From the IMG/VR virus record IMGVR_UViG_648276631_000006, positions 1,610 to 65,609 of that record: a stretch of 64,000 nt of DNA; one strand, given 5' to 3'. The notes under the pieces are model-generated. The model searched no databases, was not told the origin of the DNA, and worked only from the letters and a program-made list of their open reading frames with translations. The translations under genes and the position numbers were made by a program. Source of the DNA: a virus. Below, in pieces: positions 27,225 to 38,000 of the stretch (position 1 is the stretch's first letter; each line of letters begins with the position of its first letter).

Positions 27225-27899
27225 ATGACCCTTGAGGAACTGATCGCCTCTTTCCGCGAGGACTCCACCGACAAGCTGGAGCCCTACCTGTGGGAAGACG
27301 AGACCGTAACACGCTGGCTCAATGAAGCCCAGGACGAGGCAGCCGTGCGCGGCCGCCTGCTGCTCGATGACAGCACACCGGCGGTGACCACCATTGCCGT
27401 GAGCGCGGGTCAGGCCTCGTATCAGCTCCATGCCAAAGTTTATGAAATCGCGCATCTGCACTGGCAGCCAAGCGCGGCAGGCCATCGAGCCAAGCCGGTG
27501 GAGCTGGTGACGCGGGAGTGGCTGGACCGTCATCACCCGGATTGGCGCGTGTGCTTGGACAGCGATGCGATGTACGCCATCCAGACCGAGGGCGCGCTGC
27601 GCCTGGTGCCCACACCGCGCGAGGCTGGGGTGCTGACGCTGGAGGCCTATCGCCTGCCGCTCAAGCCATTGGCCAACGATCCGGACAAACCGGAGATCCA
27701 TGCGGCCAGCCATCCCTATCTGGTGTATTGGGCACTGCACCGGGCTTTCAGTCAGCCCGATAGCGATGGGTTCGACCCACAGCGCGCGGCCACGGCCGAG
27801 GCGGCCTTTACGGGCTACTTCGGCGCGAGGCCCGACGCTGATCTGCGCCGAGCCACTCGGCACGATGTTCCCCAGGTCAATGCGACCTACATTTTTTAA
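27225..27899 (+). CDS. Head-tail adaptor protein
   Basis: MTLEELI...WLNEAQ...LRLVPTP...PEIH..HPYLVYWALHRAF. Confidence 0.75.
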   Translation: MTLEELIASFREDSTDKLEPYLWEDETVTRWLNEAQDEAAVRGRLLLDDSTPAVTTIAVSAGQASYQLHAKVYEIAHLHWQPSAAGHRAKPVELVTREWLDRHHPDWRVCLDSDAMYAIQTEGALRLVPTPREAGVLTLEAYRLPLKPLANDPDKPEIHAASHPYLVYWALHRAFSQPDSDGFDPQRAATAEAAFTGYFGARPDADLRRATRHDVPQVNATYIF

Positions 27900-27907
27900 G
27901 GTGCCGC

Positions 27908-29683
27908 ATGTTCGGACTGTCCAAACCCATCCCCAAAGACAAGGGCGCGAAGCTGGCACAGGCCCAGAACCAGGCACCCGACAGCATTCCTGGCATGTTC
28001 AAGCCGGGTGAATTCGTGCTGCCACCTGATACTGTGCATGCCATGGGCGGTAAGCAGGCACTTCAAGGTGTGGTGGATGCCACGCATACACCAGTGGCTG
28101 CATATGGCCTGAATGCCCCGCGCGCCAGCGGCCCGCTATCCAAGGCCGCGCCAAAGCTGGGGCTCAAGCCCGAAGTGTTCTTTGCCAATGGCGGCGCGCC
28201 AGAGGACCAGCTGCGACAGCCCGGCCTGGGCTTGACGCCAAGCGCCTCCCCAAGCCCGAGCAATACTTTCCCTGGCAACCGTCTGCCGGGCAACAGCGGT
28301 TTCAGCAGCGCGCCACCCAGCGCGCCCGCGGCCAGTCCCACACCAGCGCCAGCTGGCATGACGGACGGTCAGCGCGCTGATGCTTTGGCCCAGATCCCAA
28401 CTGGTGGCCCCAAGGCACCTGCCGCTGATGGCTCGCAGGACTCCTGGAGCAATACGGAGGCGGGGCGCAACGTAGGCAACGCCGTGGCTGCCTTGCCAGG
28501 GCTGGGTGGAGTAGGGCGTGTTGCAGCGACCGGCGGCGCGATCAGTCGCGGCCTCAACGCTGCATCCACCGCAGTGAACAACGCCGGCCGCGCGGTCAAT
28601 GCTGCTCCTGCCATTGCTGCAGGACTCTATGGCGGAGCTTCGCCGGCCGCGGCTGCATCGCTGGCTGCTTCTCCACCCGCCACATTCTCTGCCGGCGCCG
28701 GCCGGGGTACATCCAATCCTGCTCTTGTGAGCCCGAACGCATCGACTCCTCAAGCAGGTTCAACGGCGGACGCTCCGAGCAACCAGCTGATGGACGGCGT
28801 GTACAGCCATGGGCGCGGCCAGTACAGCGACCAAGCAGGCGGCATGGGCTTCCCGGCCGGATTCACGGGCAAGCCCAATGCGCGGAACATGGCTGCCGCT
28901 GACAATCTGGCGGCCTCTAATGCTGCAACTGCTGTTGGTAGTCAACCCGAAGATGGCGGGTTTGGGCTCCGTGCTCCCGCAGTTGCGCACAGCGGTAACG
29001 ACTGGGCTGCGCGCCAGCGGCTCAAGAATCTGGAGACTTCGGCCAGCTCCATCATGAACACCCAACGCTGGGGCGGAAAAGGCGCGGCCCACAACCCGGC
29101 AGCACAGAACTTCTTGGACGCAAGTCGCGCCGACCTGGCCGCCCAGGGCAAGGTGCCCGATATGCAGCTGCGCACCAATGAAGTCAATGCCAGCATGCAG
29201 CGCGCAGCCATGGCCGAGGCCGGGGCTGATCGCAGAGCTCAAGGGCAGATCGGTCTGGGGCTGGGTCAGTTGGCCCTAGGTGCCCAGCGCAACCAACTCG
29301 ATGCCCAGCGCATCAACAACGACGAGCGCCTGCGCGCGCCTCAGATCCGGGCGGCCGAGCGTATGGGGCAGATGCAAGAGGATCTGCTGAATGCCCAGAC
29401 TCCGGAAGAGCAAGCTGCGATTGCGGCTCGGATTCGCGCCTACTCAGGCAAGAATGAGGGGCGCTGGAAGGCCGTCGCGCTGCAAGGTGGCACGGATGCT
29501 CAGGGCAACAAGACTGAGAGCATTCTGGGTGCTGTCAATGAACTTGACGGCGAAATGAAGCGGATGGACAGCTCTAGGAAGCCACCTGCTGTGGATAGCC
29601 CAGAGGTGCAGGCCATCAGAAACAACACGGCGCTGACAATCGAGCAGCGCCGCGAAGAACTCAGAAAGCTGGGTTTTAACTAG
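27908..29683 (+). CDS. Putative DNA ejection/internal virion protein
   Basis: Ala/Gly/Gln-rich; GEFVLP motif; position before the giant protein. Confidence 0.65.
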   Translation: MFGLSKPIPKDKGAKLAQAQNQAPDSIPGMFKPGEFVLPPDTVHAMGGKQALQGVVDATHTPVAAYGLNAPRASGPLSKAAPKLGLKPEVFFANGGAPEDQLRQPGLGLTPSASPSPSNTFPGNRLPGNSGFSSAPPSAPAASPTPAPAGMTDGQRADALAQIPTGGPKAPAADGSQDSWSNTEAGRNVGNAVAALPGLGGVGRVAATGGAISRGLNAASTAVNNAGRAVNAAPAIAAGLYGGASPAAAASLAASPPATFSAGAGRGTSNPALVSPNASTPQAGSTADAPSNQLMDGVYSHGRGQYSDQAGGMGFPAGFTGKPNARNMAAADNLAASNAATAVGSQPEDGGFGLRAPAVAHSGNDWAARQRLKNLETSASSIMNTQRWGGKGAAHNPAAQNFLDASRADLAAQGKVPDMQLRTNEVNASMQRAAMAEAGADRRAQGQIGLGLGQLALGAQRNQLDAQRINNDERLRAPQIRAAERMGQMQEDLLNAQTPEEQAAIAARIRAYSGKNEGRWKAVALQGGTDAQGNKTESILGAVNELDGEMKRMDSSRKPPAVDSPEVQAIRNNTALTIEQRREELRKLGFN

Positions 29684-30111
29684 CGCGCAGGTTGATAGGC
29701 GGGGGCGTCTTTCAGAATCTCGTCTATCTGACTGCCCTGCTGCGGTTGTGCTGAAGGAGTGCGTTGAGTGTTAACTGCTGCAGGGATTGAGGCTTGATAG
29801 GACGCTTTTGAAGTGCTCGGCTTGCTAGACCACTGTCCAATCAGTAAAAGGCCAAGGAGCACCCAAGCGAGCATAAAGAAGCTGTTGGGCCAAGCGCGTT
29901 TGGCGCGCTCCGACATAACCACTGCGTAAATTCCATAGACAACAAGCGCCAGAACAAACGGGGCAGCCCAAGTGACTAGCCACATACCGATAGGTTGTGA
30001 GTCGTAGTAAATCAGTGGATTTGCCAGCGCCACAATCACCATGCCGATCAAGTGCCGAGCAAAGATGACAGGCGTGGGTGAAGTCTGTGCGGTCGTTGTT
30101 GCTGTCTGCAT
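29680..30111 (-). CDS. 3-TM inner-membrane protein, candidate superinfection exclusion
   Basis: RBS GGAGG before ATG 30111; three hydrophobic segments; C-terminal IDEILKDAPAYQP. Confidence 0.75.
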   Translation of the reverse strand: MQTATTTAQTSPTPVIFARHLIGMVIVALANPLIYYDSQPIGMWLVTWAAPFVLALVVYGIYAVVMSERAKRAWPNSFFMLAWVLLGLLLIGQWSSKPSTSKASYQASIPAAVNTQRTPSAQPQQGSQIDEILKDAPAYQPAR

Positions 30112-30159
30112 GCTTTCCTCCATTAAGGAACTGTAGCAGAGCAGGTTTTTGGAACATGC

Positions 30160-30201
30160 CCCCGCTAGGGTTCGACGTAAGGGCTGGGGTGAGGTGTCAT
30201 T
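30160..30201 (+). promoter_or_regulatory. Late promoter motif copy 3
   Basis: ccccgctagggttcgac ... gtcatt. Confidence 0.7.
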
Positions 30202-30206
30202 GGCAA

Positions 30207-33200
30207 ATGAGTGACATCGACAACATCCTCAATGGCGCGCCCGCACACCAGCCCGGCGCTGCTTTGCCTTCCAATAATTCTGCGACGCAGAAATCTGGGA
30301 TCGATGAAATCCTGAAAGATGCCCCACCTCCGGATCGCGGCATTAAGGGCTGGGCGCAGGATCTGGCCGCATGGGGCTTGAAGGGGGCAATAGCCGTACC
30401 AGAGGCCGCTGTCGGAGTTGCGGACTTGGTTTCTGGCGGCAAGGTGGGCAAGGCGTTAGAGAACGAAGGTGGCAGCTTTGGACTGCGCTTCAAGCAGGCA
30501 AAGGAAGTTGCCAACGACTTTCACTCCGACACCTTCAAAGCGAAGCAGCGGGAATTCCAGAGCGCCGATGGCATCGTCGATAAGGCAAAGGTTGCCCTGC
30601 AAAACCCCGATTTGATTGCAGGCGCTGTTGTCGAATCCTTGCCGGCAATGGCCGCAGGTGGCGCAATCGGGCGGGGCGCCATGGCTGCCACCCGCCTGGG
30701 CCAGATGGGTGCCAAGGGCGCGGCCATCGCTGGCGCTGCTGGTGAGGGCGTGGTGGGCGCTGGCTCCGCCGCTGAGCAGATCCGCCAGGAGACTGCAGAC
30801 GGCGAGTTGACCGCCAAGCAGGCCGCGCTGGCCGCCGGTACCGGTCTGGCTACCGGTGCGCTGGGCTTTGCTGGCAACAAGGTTGCCAACCGTCTGGGCA
30901 TTGGCGATGCGGACATGATGCTGGCCCAGGGCACCAAAGGCATGGCCAAGGATGCCGCAGAGCGCGCCACGGCCGCAGCCGTCAATCCCCTGGCACAGCC
31001 AGCACACAAGAGCATCCTGCGCCAGATGGGTGAGGGCGCGATTACCGAGGGCGTGCTCGAGGAGCTGCCCCAGTCTGTGTCCGAGCAGATCCTGCAGAAC
31101 GAGGCATTGGGCAAGTCTTGGAGCGAAGGCCTGGATGACGCCATTGTGATGGGCATCCTGTCGGGAGGCGCCATGGGCGCGGGCGCGGCTGGCTATCGTG
31201 GCTTCAAGGACAAGCAGATCGATGGTGCGGCGGCCAATGCCAGGAACGCCGCTGCCAATGCCCCGGGCGCGGCCCCTGGGCAAGATCAGGCATCCGCTGC
31301 TGCTGCCGTGTCGCCCGCTGCATGGACGACCTCGGCTGGCGCGGCTGCCGAGATGGAGCCCGGCACAGCTCCGGCATCGCCGGCCAATGCTCCAAATCTG
31401 GATTATGAAACCCTGCCCGGCGCGGCGCCCGAGGCCCAGGGCAATGAAATCGACTTCACGCGCGACTTTCCTGCCCCCGAGTGGGGTACGGAGTTGGGCG
31501 CTGCTGGCCAGCAGCCTGCCGAGACAGCCGCACCAGAGCTGACCCCTTCTCAGGCCATGGGTCTGGATCCGAACGCGGGTGCACTTTCCAAGGCTGCGGC
31601 CATGGCCGTGGACTCCGGAGCTTCCCCTGTGGTGCAGTCCCAGGTGGCGCCCATGGCAGAGCAGCTGACCGAGCAGCAGCAGGCCGCCCCGCAGGTGCCT
31701 GCTGGCGTGGACCCGGATACCGGCGAGGTATCGCTGCAAGCCCAGATGGACGAGCTCAAGAGCCGCATTGCCTTTATGCAGCAGCAGGGCGCGGCCCAGG
31801 GCTGGGACGGCAATAGGGCTGCCCAGCGCAATGCACTGCAGACCCAGCTCACCCGACTGGAGCTGCAGGCCGCCGGCGGTCAGGGGCGCGGCGCTTCGAC
31901 CGCTGGTGCGCCTGCGCCCGTGCAGCTGACAGGCATCAACCAGATCCTGGCCAAGCAGATCCCCGACATGAACGAGCAGGAGCTGCAGCAGGCCATTGCC
32001 CATTACGGGCCCACCCACAAGCGCACCAAAAAGCTTGAGAAAGCGCTTCAAGCGCTTGCGCAGAAAACGCTAACAGCTATTGAATCAGGAGCGAATGCCA
32101 ATGTCTCTGAAGCCGATAAAGCCCAGCAAGGCAGCGCGCAACCTGCGCAAACAGGAGCAGCGCAAGCTGGCCAAGATGCAGGCGAGGGGCTAGGCAATGG
32201 CACCACCCCAGCTGCGAACCATGGAGCGCAAGAGCAGGGCGCGAGCCTTGCGAAAGCTCAAGCGCAAGTCTCGCAAGCAGCCGGCGCGGCCCAAGCGGCC
32301 GTAGGCAAGGCGGCGCAGATCGCGCGTGAAGGCAATGCCGAGCGTGAAGCCCAGCGCCAGCGCCAGCTCGATGCCAGCGAACGCTGGACGCGCATGACCA
32401 CGGCGGAGCGTCAGGCTGTCGCGGCCACGGCCCCTGGTCTGACCGTCATCGCACGCAAGAACGTGCACACCCGGGCATGGCCGGACCTTGGCGAGAAGAT
32501 CCGCGAAAAGCTGCTGGATTCGCTGGTAGCACCGCTGGTAGATCCCACAAGTAAAGCGCCTGCAGCTATTGAAAATGCAGCAAAGCCTGCGCCAAAAGCC
32601 GTTTCCGGAGACGCCCTTCCGAAGCCTGCGGCGCAGCCCGTGGGCGATGAAAAACCGTTCGCGGCAGAGACAGGCACGCTGGGTATCCCGCGCGCCGAGA
32701 TGCCGCAGGTGCCCACGGCCAACCATGGCGGCCTGGTCAAGCACCTGAATGCCCAGGGCATTGCGCACGAAACCACGACCGTGGATGCGGCGCAGCTCAA
32801 GCCGACCCAGGCTGAATACTCCCCGTCCAAGGTGGAAGCGGCCAAGAGCGCCACGGGCGACCGCGCGGTGATTGTCTCCAGCGATGGCCACATCATTGAC
32901 GGCCATCATCAAGCCGTCGCGGCAGCCGAGGAGGGCAAGCAGGTCAAGGCCATCGTTCTGGATGCGCCCGTGGAGAAGGCGCTGGCTGCCGTGAAGGCTT
33001 CGCCCAGCGCCAATACCGAAGCAGCGTCAGAACGCTACGAGTACCCAGCCATAGGAAATACCAAGCCTGCCCAATATGAGCTGCAGAAGGCAGCAGTTGA
33101 CTATCTCAATGGCGATGTGGGTAAGTCGGAGCTTGTCACCAAGGCGGCGCAGGCCTTGCGTGACGGTGTAACCCTTGGGCAGGTGCACGCCCTGTATATG

Positions 33201-36200
33201 CGGACCTCGGATTTCACCACTGGCGATGGATATGCCGCGGTTCGCGCATCCAGCCCTGAGATGGCAAGGGCGTTGGACATCGTTCAGGACGGAAAGGTAT
33301 CCAAGTGGGCAGCAGTCAAGCAGATTGCAGCGCTTGGGCTCAAGGGCTCCCAGCTCAAGGCCGTAACGCAAGACGGGTATGTGTTTGGTAAGGACTTTTC
33401 AGACGCTGACCTTGAGGTGATGCAGGCCAACGTGGCGCCTGCGGCACCCGTGTCTGCGCCCAAGTCGGTACCGCAACGCATGAGGGACGCCAAGGCTGCC
33501 AAGGAGGCAACGACTAAGCCCGCACCCAATGGCGGACAGCGCAAGCAGGATCTGACTCCGGCGCAGGAGCTGGTACAAGGACAGATTGAGAATCGTGAGC
33601 GCCAGAGGAATGAGGCGTGGGCCAGGGTCAAGCAATTGCGTGCCGCCGTAAAAGAGGGCACTGCCAACCGGTTGCAGTTGCTCAAGGCCGAGGATGCCCA
33701 TCGCCATTTGGTGCGCGAAGTGGAGGGCATGCGTGCAAAAGAGGATCCGCGCTTCCGCCGGCAGGAGTCCGAGCAACTGGCAGGCGCGGCCTTTGATGTG
33801 GCGAGCTTTCTTCAGAGCATGGATGAGGGGCAGTCGGCCAATGTCGCTGCAGCTGCTGCCCTAGCAGTGAACGTGCGTCCCAGCTATTCGCCGGCGGCCC
33901 GTGCCGAGGCAGTGCGCGCCGTCAAGGGCACTGCCGATGCCATCCGCCAGGCCTGGGCCAACGGTCCCGAGGTCATCGTGGCCTTTGACATGCAGGACGC
34001 TGTAGTGCCTGAGAGCGCGCGCCGCGCCGACCTGAAGCAGCGCAGCGGCGGCGCCCGAGGCGCTCCGGAGGGCTTCTATTACCAGGGCAAGGTGTACCTG
34101 ATGGCGTCCAAGCTGAAGACGCCCAATGACGCCGCCCGCGTGCTGTTCCACGAGGCCTTGGGGCATCACGGCCTGCGCGGCCTATTCGGCAAGGACCTGG
34201 GCCTGATCCTGAATCAGGTGGCCACCATGCGCAAGGCCGAGGTGGACGCGAAGATTGCCGAGTACGGCCTGCGCCGCGTCAACAGGCTGGATCGCCGCAT
34301 GGCTGCCGAGGAAGTGCTGGCTGAGATGGCGCAGAACACGCCGCAGATCGGGTTTGTGCGCCGCGCCGTGGCTGCAATCCGCACCTGGCTGCGCGCCAAT
34401 GTGCCGGGATTCAAGTCATTGGCGCTGACCGATGATGAGTTGATCCGCAGCTTCATCCTGCCAGCGCGCGCCTGGGTGGAGCGTGGTGGTACTGACGGCG
34501 GTAACAAGGCTGACGCAACTTTCAGCCGAGAGGCTGCGCCCGAGCTACGCATCGCCACCAACTTCACCGAAGCGCGCGAGGCCGCGAAGGAATTCCAGGG
34601 CAAGGCACTGCGCAATGAGGAAACTGGCCTGGAAGCCCGTGTATCCCGCAATACCCTGGACAAGATGCTGAGCCGAAAGGCAGTGGAGCAGTCCACGAAT
34701 GCGCGTGATCAGTCCATGGCTGTGGCCAATGTGGACCGGCTCTATGAAGCGGCATTGTTTGGGTGGAGCAAGGAGGACCGCGATAGCAACTCCAACCTGA
34801 AAGCGATTCATCGCTTTTTTGCTCCCATCGAGGTGGATGAGCGCATGCTGCTGGCGAAGTTGACGGTCAAGGAAACCGTAGACCCCACTCACGGTAACCC
34901 GCTCTACACAGTCGAAACCGTGGAGTTCAACGAAGAAACCCCCGCAGCTCAGTGGGTGGACGCATCTGCCAAGGCCGATGGCCAAGACCTGACTTCCATC
35001 CGCTCTGCGGGGGCACTGATAAGTCTAGCCGAAGGTCTGGAGCAGCGCAATGCAGCCGGTGGCGACAGTGCTACGGATGAGCCGATGTTCAGCCGCTCGC
35101 GCTTCATGGACCTCAAAGACAGCGCCCTTGACCAGCTGACCAAGACTTTCACGCACGAGGGAAAGGTATCGCTCTGGGACAAGTCCGTGGGTACCATGCG
35201 GCACCTGGCCGAGCGCGCGCCAAGCTTCAAGCCTGTCTATGAGTCTGCCCAGCAGAACATCGACGATGTGAGCATGCTGGCCAATGACGCGGCCGACATG
35301 GCGCCGCGCATCCTGCCGCGTGTGGAGTCGCTGGGCGACCTCAAGAAAAAGCCGGTCTCTGCTGCTGACAACAAGGCCGTGGCCCGGCCGCTGTTTGAGG
35401 GCACGCTGATCTGGGCGCGCGATGAGAACGGCAAGCCCACCCTGGTCGACGACCTGCAAAAGCGCTATGCCAATCTGTCGGCCCACAACAAGGCGGCCAT
35501 GCTGCTCAAGCACGGCAAGATCAAATCTGAGGTGCTGGCCATGTGGCAGGGCCTGCCCGTGGCCCAGTTTGAAAAGAACATCAACGCGCGCTTTGAGAAC
35601 AAGATGCTCAAGCCTGGCATTGTCTGGACCGATGCGGAGCTGCAGGCGCAGTTCGGTACCGATGCCAATCAGATCAGCCTGTACCGCGAGGCGCGCGCGG
35701 CCATTGATCGCTCCATCGACATGACGGCGCGCACCGACATGCTGCGCGTGGTGGGTGAGAAGTACGAGCCCATGCGCGATGCCGTGCTGGCGCAGCCATC
35801 CGTGGAGGCCGCAGCCCAGTTGCTGCTGGATACGCTGGAGCAGGATGCCAAGGCCGACCCAGACTCGCGCGACCGTCTGGCCGGATATATGCAGCTGATC
35901 AACCGCCGGCTGGATACGGCCGTGGATCTGCAGCAGGGCGGCTATGCCCCGCTGTCGCGCTTTGGTCGCTACACGGTGGATGTGGTGGATGCCAACGGTG
36001 AGCGCCTGTACTTCGGCATGTACGAAACTGCACGCGACTCCAACCGGGCCAAGATGCAGCTCGAGCACGAGTTCAAAGGCGCGACCGTCACCACTGGCAC
36101 GATGAGTGCCGAGGCCTACAAGCTGTTTGCGGGCGTGACGCCGGAAACTCTGGAGCAGTTCGGGGAGATGCTGGGCCTCAAGGCCGAGGGCAACGAAGCC

Positions 36201-38000
36201 CAGGACAAGGCTTTTCAGGAGTTCCTGAAGCTGACCAAGAACAACCACAGTGCCATGAAGCGGCTGATTCATCGCAAGGGCATTGCCGGCTTTAGCGAGG
36301 ATGTGGGGCGAGTGGTGGCCAACTTTGTCTACTCCAACGCACGCGCCGGGGCCATGGGCCTGAATGCGGGCAAGATGGAAACGGCCATCGGCAAGATCCC
36401 CAAGGAGCAGGGCGAGCTCAAGGATCTGGCCATGGGCCTGCGCGACTACATCCGCGACCCACAGGAGGAGGGGCAGGCCGTGCGCGGCATGCTTTTTGCG
36501 CAGTATCTGGGCGGCTCCATCGCTTCGGCCTTTGTGAATACGACCCAGCCCTTTGCGGTCACGCTGCCCTGGCTGAGCCAGTATGGCGGCATGAAGAAGG
36601 CCGGGGCTCAAATGGCCCGAGCACTTAACGATATGAGGCGCTCTTGGACGGATAAGGGCTTCAAGTACGAGGCCGATCTGGCCAAAGCCCTGCAGTCTGC
36701 CGAGGATGACGGCGTGGTCAGCCCCCAGGAAATCCACCAGCTGATGGCCCAGGCCCGCGGCGCGGGCATGCTGCGCTCGGGCGACGGCACCAAGGCGGGC
36801 GACCTGCGCGCCAAGGCCGGTAACTTGTGGGAGCAGGGCAAGGTGTTGTGGGGTCAGCCCTTTGCGCTGGCAGAGCAGTTCAACCGCCGTAGCACCTTTA
36901 TCGCGTCCTACCGCATTGCCAAGGACCAGGGCATGGCTGACCCGGCGGGCTTTGCGCGCAAGGCGGTGCTGGAAACACAGTTTGTTTACTCCAAAGCCAA
37001 CAAACCGAAGTGGGCACGCGGTGCGGTGGGCGGGACTTTGTTTACCTTCAAGACCTATTCGGTCAGCTATCTGGAACTGATGCAGCGCATGTGGACCCAG
37101 GGCGGCCCAGAGGGCAAGCGCGCGGTGGGTTGGGCCCTGGCAATGCTGCTTTTGATGAGCGGCGCCGGCGGCGTGCCCTTTATGGAGGATGCCGAGGACC
37201 TGATTGATGGCGCTGGCCAGATGATGGGCTACAACATCAGCGCCAAACAATGGCGCAAGGAGCTGCTGGCCAACGTGGTAGGCAAAGAGTTGGCCGAGTT
37301 CATGGAGCAAGGTATCTCTGGGCTGCCGGGCGCGCCCATCGATGTGTCCGGCCGCCTGGGCATGGGCAACCTGCTGCCCGGTACCGGACTGTTCCTGGAG
37401 AAGCCCAATCGTGAGCGGGACATGACGGAAATCATCGGGCCTGCTGGTGACCTGGTGGCGCGCGGCTTTTCTGGCGCGCGTGATGTGATCAAGGGAGTCG
37501 TGAACGGCGATGCTGCAACCGCTGGCAAGGGAGTTCTTGAATGGGCGCCCACGGCAGTGCGCAATCTGGCTAAGGGTCTGGACATGGTGGCCACGGGCAT
37601 GTACCGCGATACCAAGGGCTACAAGGTGATCGATACGACCCTGGCCGAAGCCGCGGCCAAGGCTATTGGCTTCCAGCCCAAGAGCGTGGCCGAGGTGCAG
37701 GAGGCCAATAGCTTCATGCAGCGCAGCAAGTCGTTCTATACCCAGACCAGCTCTGACATCAAGGCGCAATGGGCAGACGCGCTATTCCGCAAGGACGAGG
37801 CCGCTGTGCAGCGGGTGCGCGAGCGCCTGGCTGCCTGGAACCGCGACAACCCCGAGCAGCCCATCGTAGTGAAGATGCCCGATGTGTGGAAGCGCGTGCG
37901 CGAGATGGGTAAGGACCGCAGCGACCGCATTGCTGACACGGCGCCCAAGGCTCTGCGCGCGCAAATGCGAAGTGTGGCAGCTGGATCAAGTATTTTGTAG
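30207..38000 (+). CDS. Giant polyvalent PLxRFG-domain internal virion/ejection protein (~2600 aa)
   Basis: ParB-like IIDGHH; zincin HEALGH; LPD3-like segment; YAPLSRFG. Confidence 0.85.
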   Translation: MSDIDNILNGAPAHQPGAALPSNNSATQKSGIDEILKDAPPPDRGIKGWAQDLAAWGLKGAIAVPEAAVGVADLVSGGKVGKALENEGGSFGLRFKQAKEVANDFHSDTFKAKQREFQSADGIVDKAKVALQNPDLIAGAVVESLPAMAAGGAIGRGAMAATRLGQMGAKGAAIAGAAGEGVVGAGSAAEQIRQETADGELTAKQAALAAGTGLATGALGFAGNKVANRLGIGDADMMLAQGTKGMAKDAAERATAAAVNPLAQPAHKSILRQMGEGAITEGVLEELPQSVSEQILQNEALGKSWSEGLDDAIVMGILSGGAMGAGAAGYRGFKDKQIDGAAANARNAAANAPGAAPGQDQASAAAAVSPAAWTTSAGAAAEMEPGTAPASPANAPNLDYETLPGAAPEAQGNEIDFTRDFPAPEWGTELGAAGQQPAETAAPELTPSQAMGLDPNAGALSKAAAMAVDSGASPVVQSQVAPMAEQLTEQQQAAPQVPAGVDPDTGEVSLQAQMDELKSRIAFMQQQGAAQGWDGNRAAQRNALQTQLTRLELQAAGGQGRGASTAGAPAPVQLTGINQILAKQIPDMNEQELQQAIAHYGPTHKRTKKLEKALQALAQKTLTAIESGANANVSEADKAQQGSAQPAQTGAAQAGQDAGEGLGNGTTPAANHGAQEQGASLAKAQAQVSQAAGAAQAAVGKAAQIAREGNAEREAQRQRQLDASERWTRMTTAERQAVAATAPGLTVIARKNVHTRAWPDLGEKIREKLLDSLVAPLVDPTSKAPAAIENAAKPAPKAVSGDALPKPAAQPVGDEKPFAAETGTLGIPRAEMPQVPTANHGGLVKHLNAQGIAHETTTVDAAQLKPTQAEYSPSKVEAAKSATGDRAVIVSSDGHIIDGHHQAVAAAEEGKQVKAIVLDAPVEKALAAVKASPSANTEAASERYEYPAIGNTKPAQYELQKAAVDYLNGDVGKSELVTKAAQALRDGVTLGQVHALYMRTSDFTTGDGYAAVRASSPEMARALDIVQDGKVSKWAAVKQIAALGLKGSQLKAVTQDGYVFGKDFSDADLEVMQANVAPAAPVSAPKSVPQRMRDAKAAKEATTKPAPNGGQRKQDLTPAQELVQGQIENRERQRNEAWARVKQLRAAVKEGTANRLQLLKAEDAHRHLVREVEGMRAKEDPRFRRQESEQLAGAAFDVASFLQSMDEGQSANVAAAAALAVNVRPSYSPAARAEAVRAVKGTADAIRQAWANGPEVIVAFDMQDAVVPESARRADLKQRSGGARGAPEGFYYQGKVYLMASKLKTPNDAARVLFHEALGHHGLRGLFGKDLGLILNQVATMRKAEVDAKIAEYGLRRVNRLDRRMAAEEVLAEMAQNTPQIGFVRRAVAAIRTWLRANVPGFKSLALTDDELIRSFILPARAWVERGGTDGGNKADATFSREAAPELRIATNFTEAREAAKEFQGKALRNEETGLEARVSRNTLDKMLSRKAVEQSTNARDQSMAVANVDRLYEAALFGWSKEDRDSNSNLKAIHRFFAPIEVDERMLLAKLTVKETVDPTHGNPLYTVETVEFNEETPAAQWVDASAKADGQDLTSIRSAGALISLAEGLEQRNAAGGDSATDEPMFSRSRFMDLKDSALDQLTKTFTHEGKVSLWDKSVGTMRHLAERAPSFKPVYESAQQNIDDVSMLANDAADMAPRILPRVESLGDLKKKPVSAADNKAVARPLFEGTLIWARDENGKPTLVDDLQKRYANLSAHNKAAMLLKHGKIKSEVLAMWQGLPVAQFEKNINARFENKMLKPGIVWTDAELQAQFGTDANQISLYREARAAIDRSIDMTARTDMLRVVGEKYEPMRDAVLAQPSVEAAAQLLLDTLEQDAKADPDSRDRLAGYMQLINRRLDTAVDLQQGGYAPLSRFGRYTVDVVDANGERLYFGMYETARDSNRAKMQLEHEFKGATVTTGTMSAEAYKLFAGVTPETLEQFGEMLGLKAEGNEAQDKAFQEFLKLTKNNHSAMKRLIHRKGIAGFSEDVGRVVANFVYSNARAGAMGLNAGKMETAIGKIPKEQGELKDLAMGLRDYIRDPQEEGQAVRGMLFAQYLGGSIASAFVNTTQPFAVTLPWLSQYGGMKKAGAQMARALNDMRRSWTDKGFKYEADLAKALQSAEDDGVVSPQEIHQLMAQARGAGMLRSGDGTKAGDLRAKAGNLWEQGKVLWGQPFALAEQFNRRSTFIASYRIAKDQGMADPAGFARKAVLETQFVYSKANKPKWARGAVGGTLFTFKTYSVSYLELMQRMWTQGGPEGKRAVGWALAMLLLMSGAGGVPFMEDAEDLIDGAGQMMGYNISAKQWRKELLANVVGKELAEFMEQGISGLPGAPIDVSGRLGMGNLLPGTGLFLEKPNRERDMTEIIGPAGDLVARGFSGARDVIKGVVNGDAATAGKGVLEWAPTAVRNLAKGLDMVATGMYRDTKGYKVIDTTLAEAAAKAIGFQPKSVAEVQEANSFMQRSKSFYTQTSSDIKAQWADALFRKDEAAVQRVRERLAAWNRDNPEQPIVVKMPDVWKRVREMGKDRSDRIADTAPKALRAQMRSVAAGSSIL

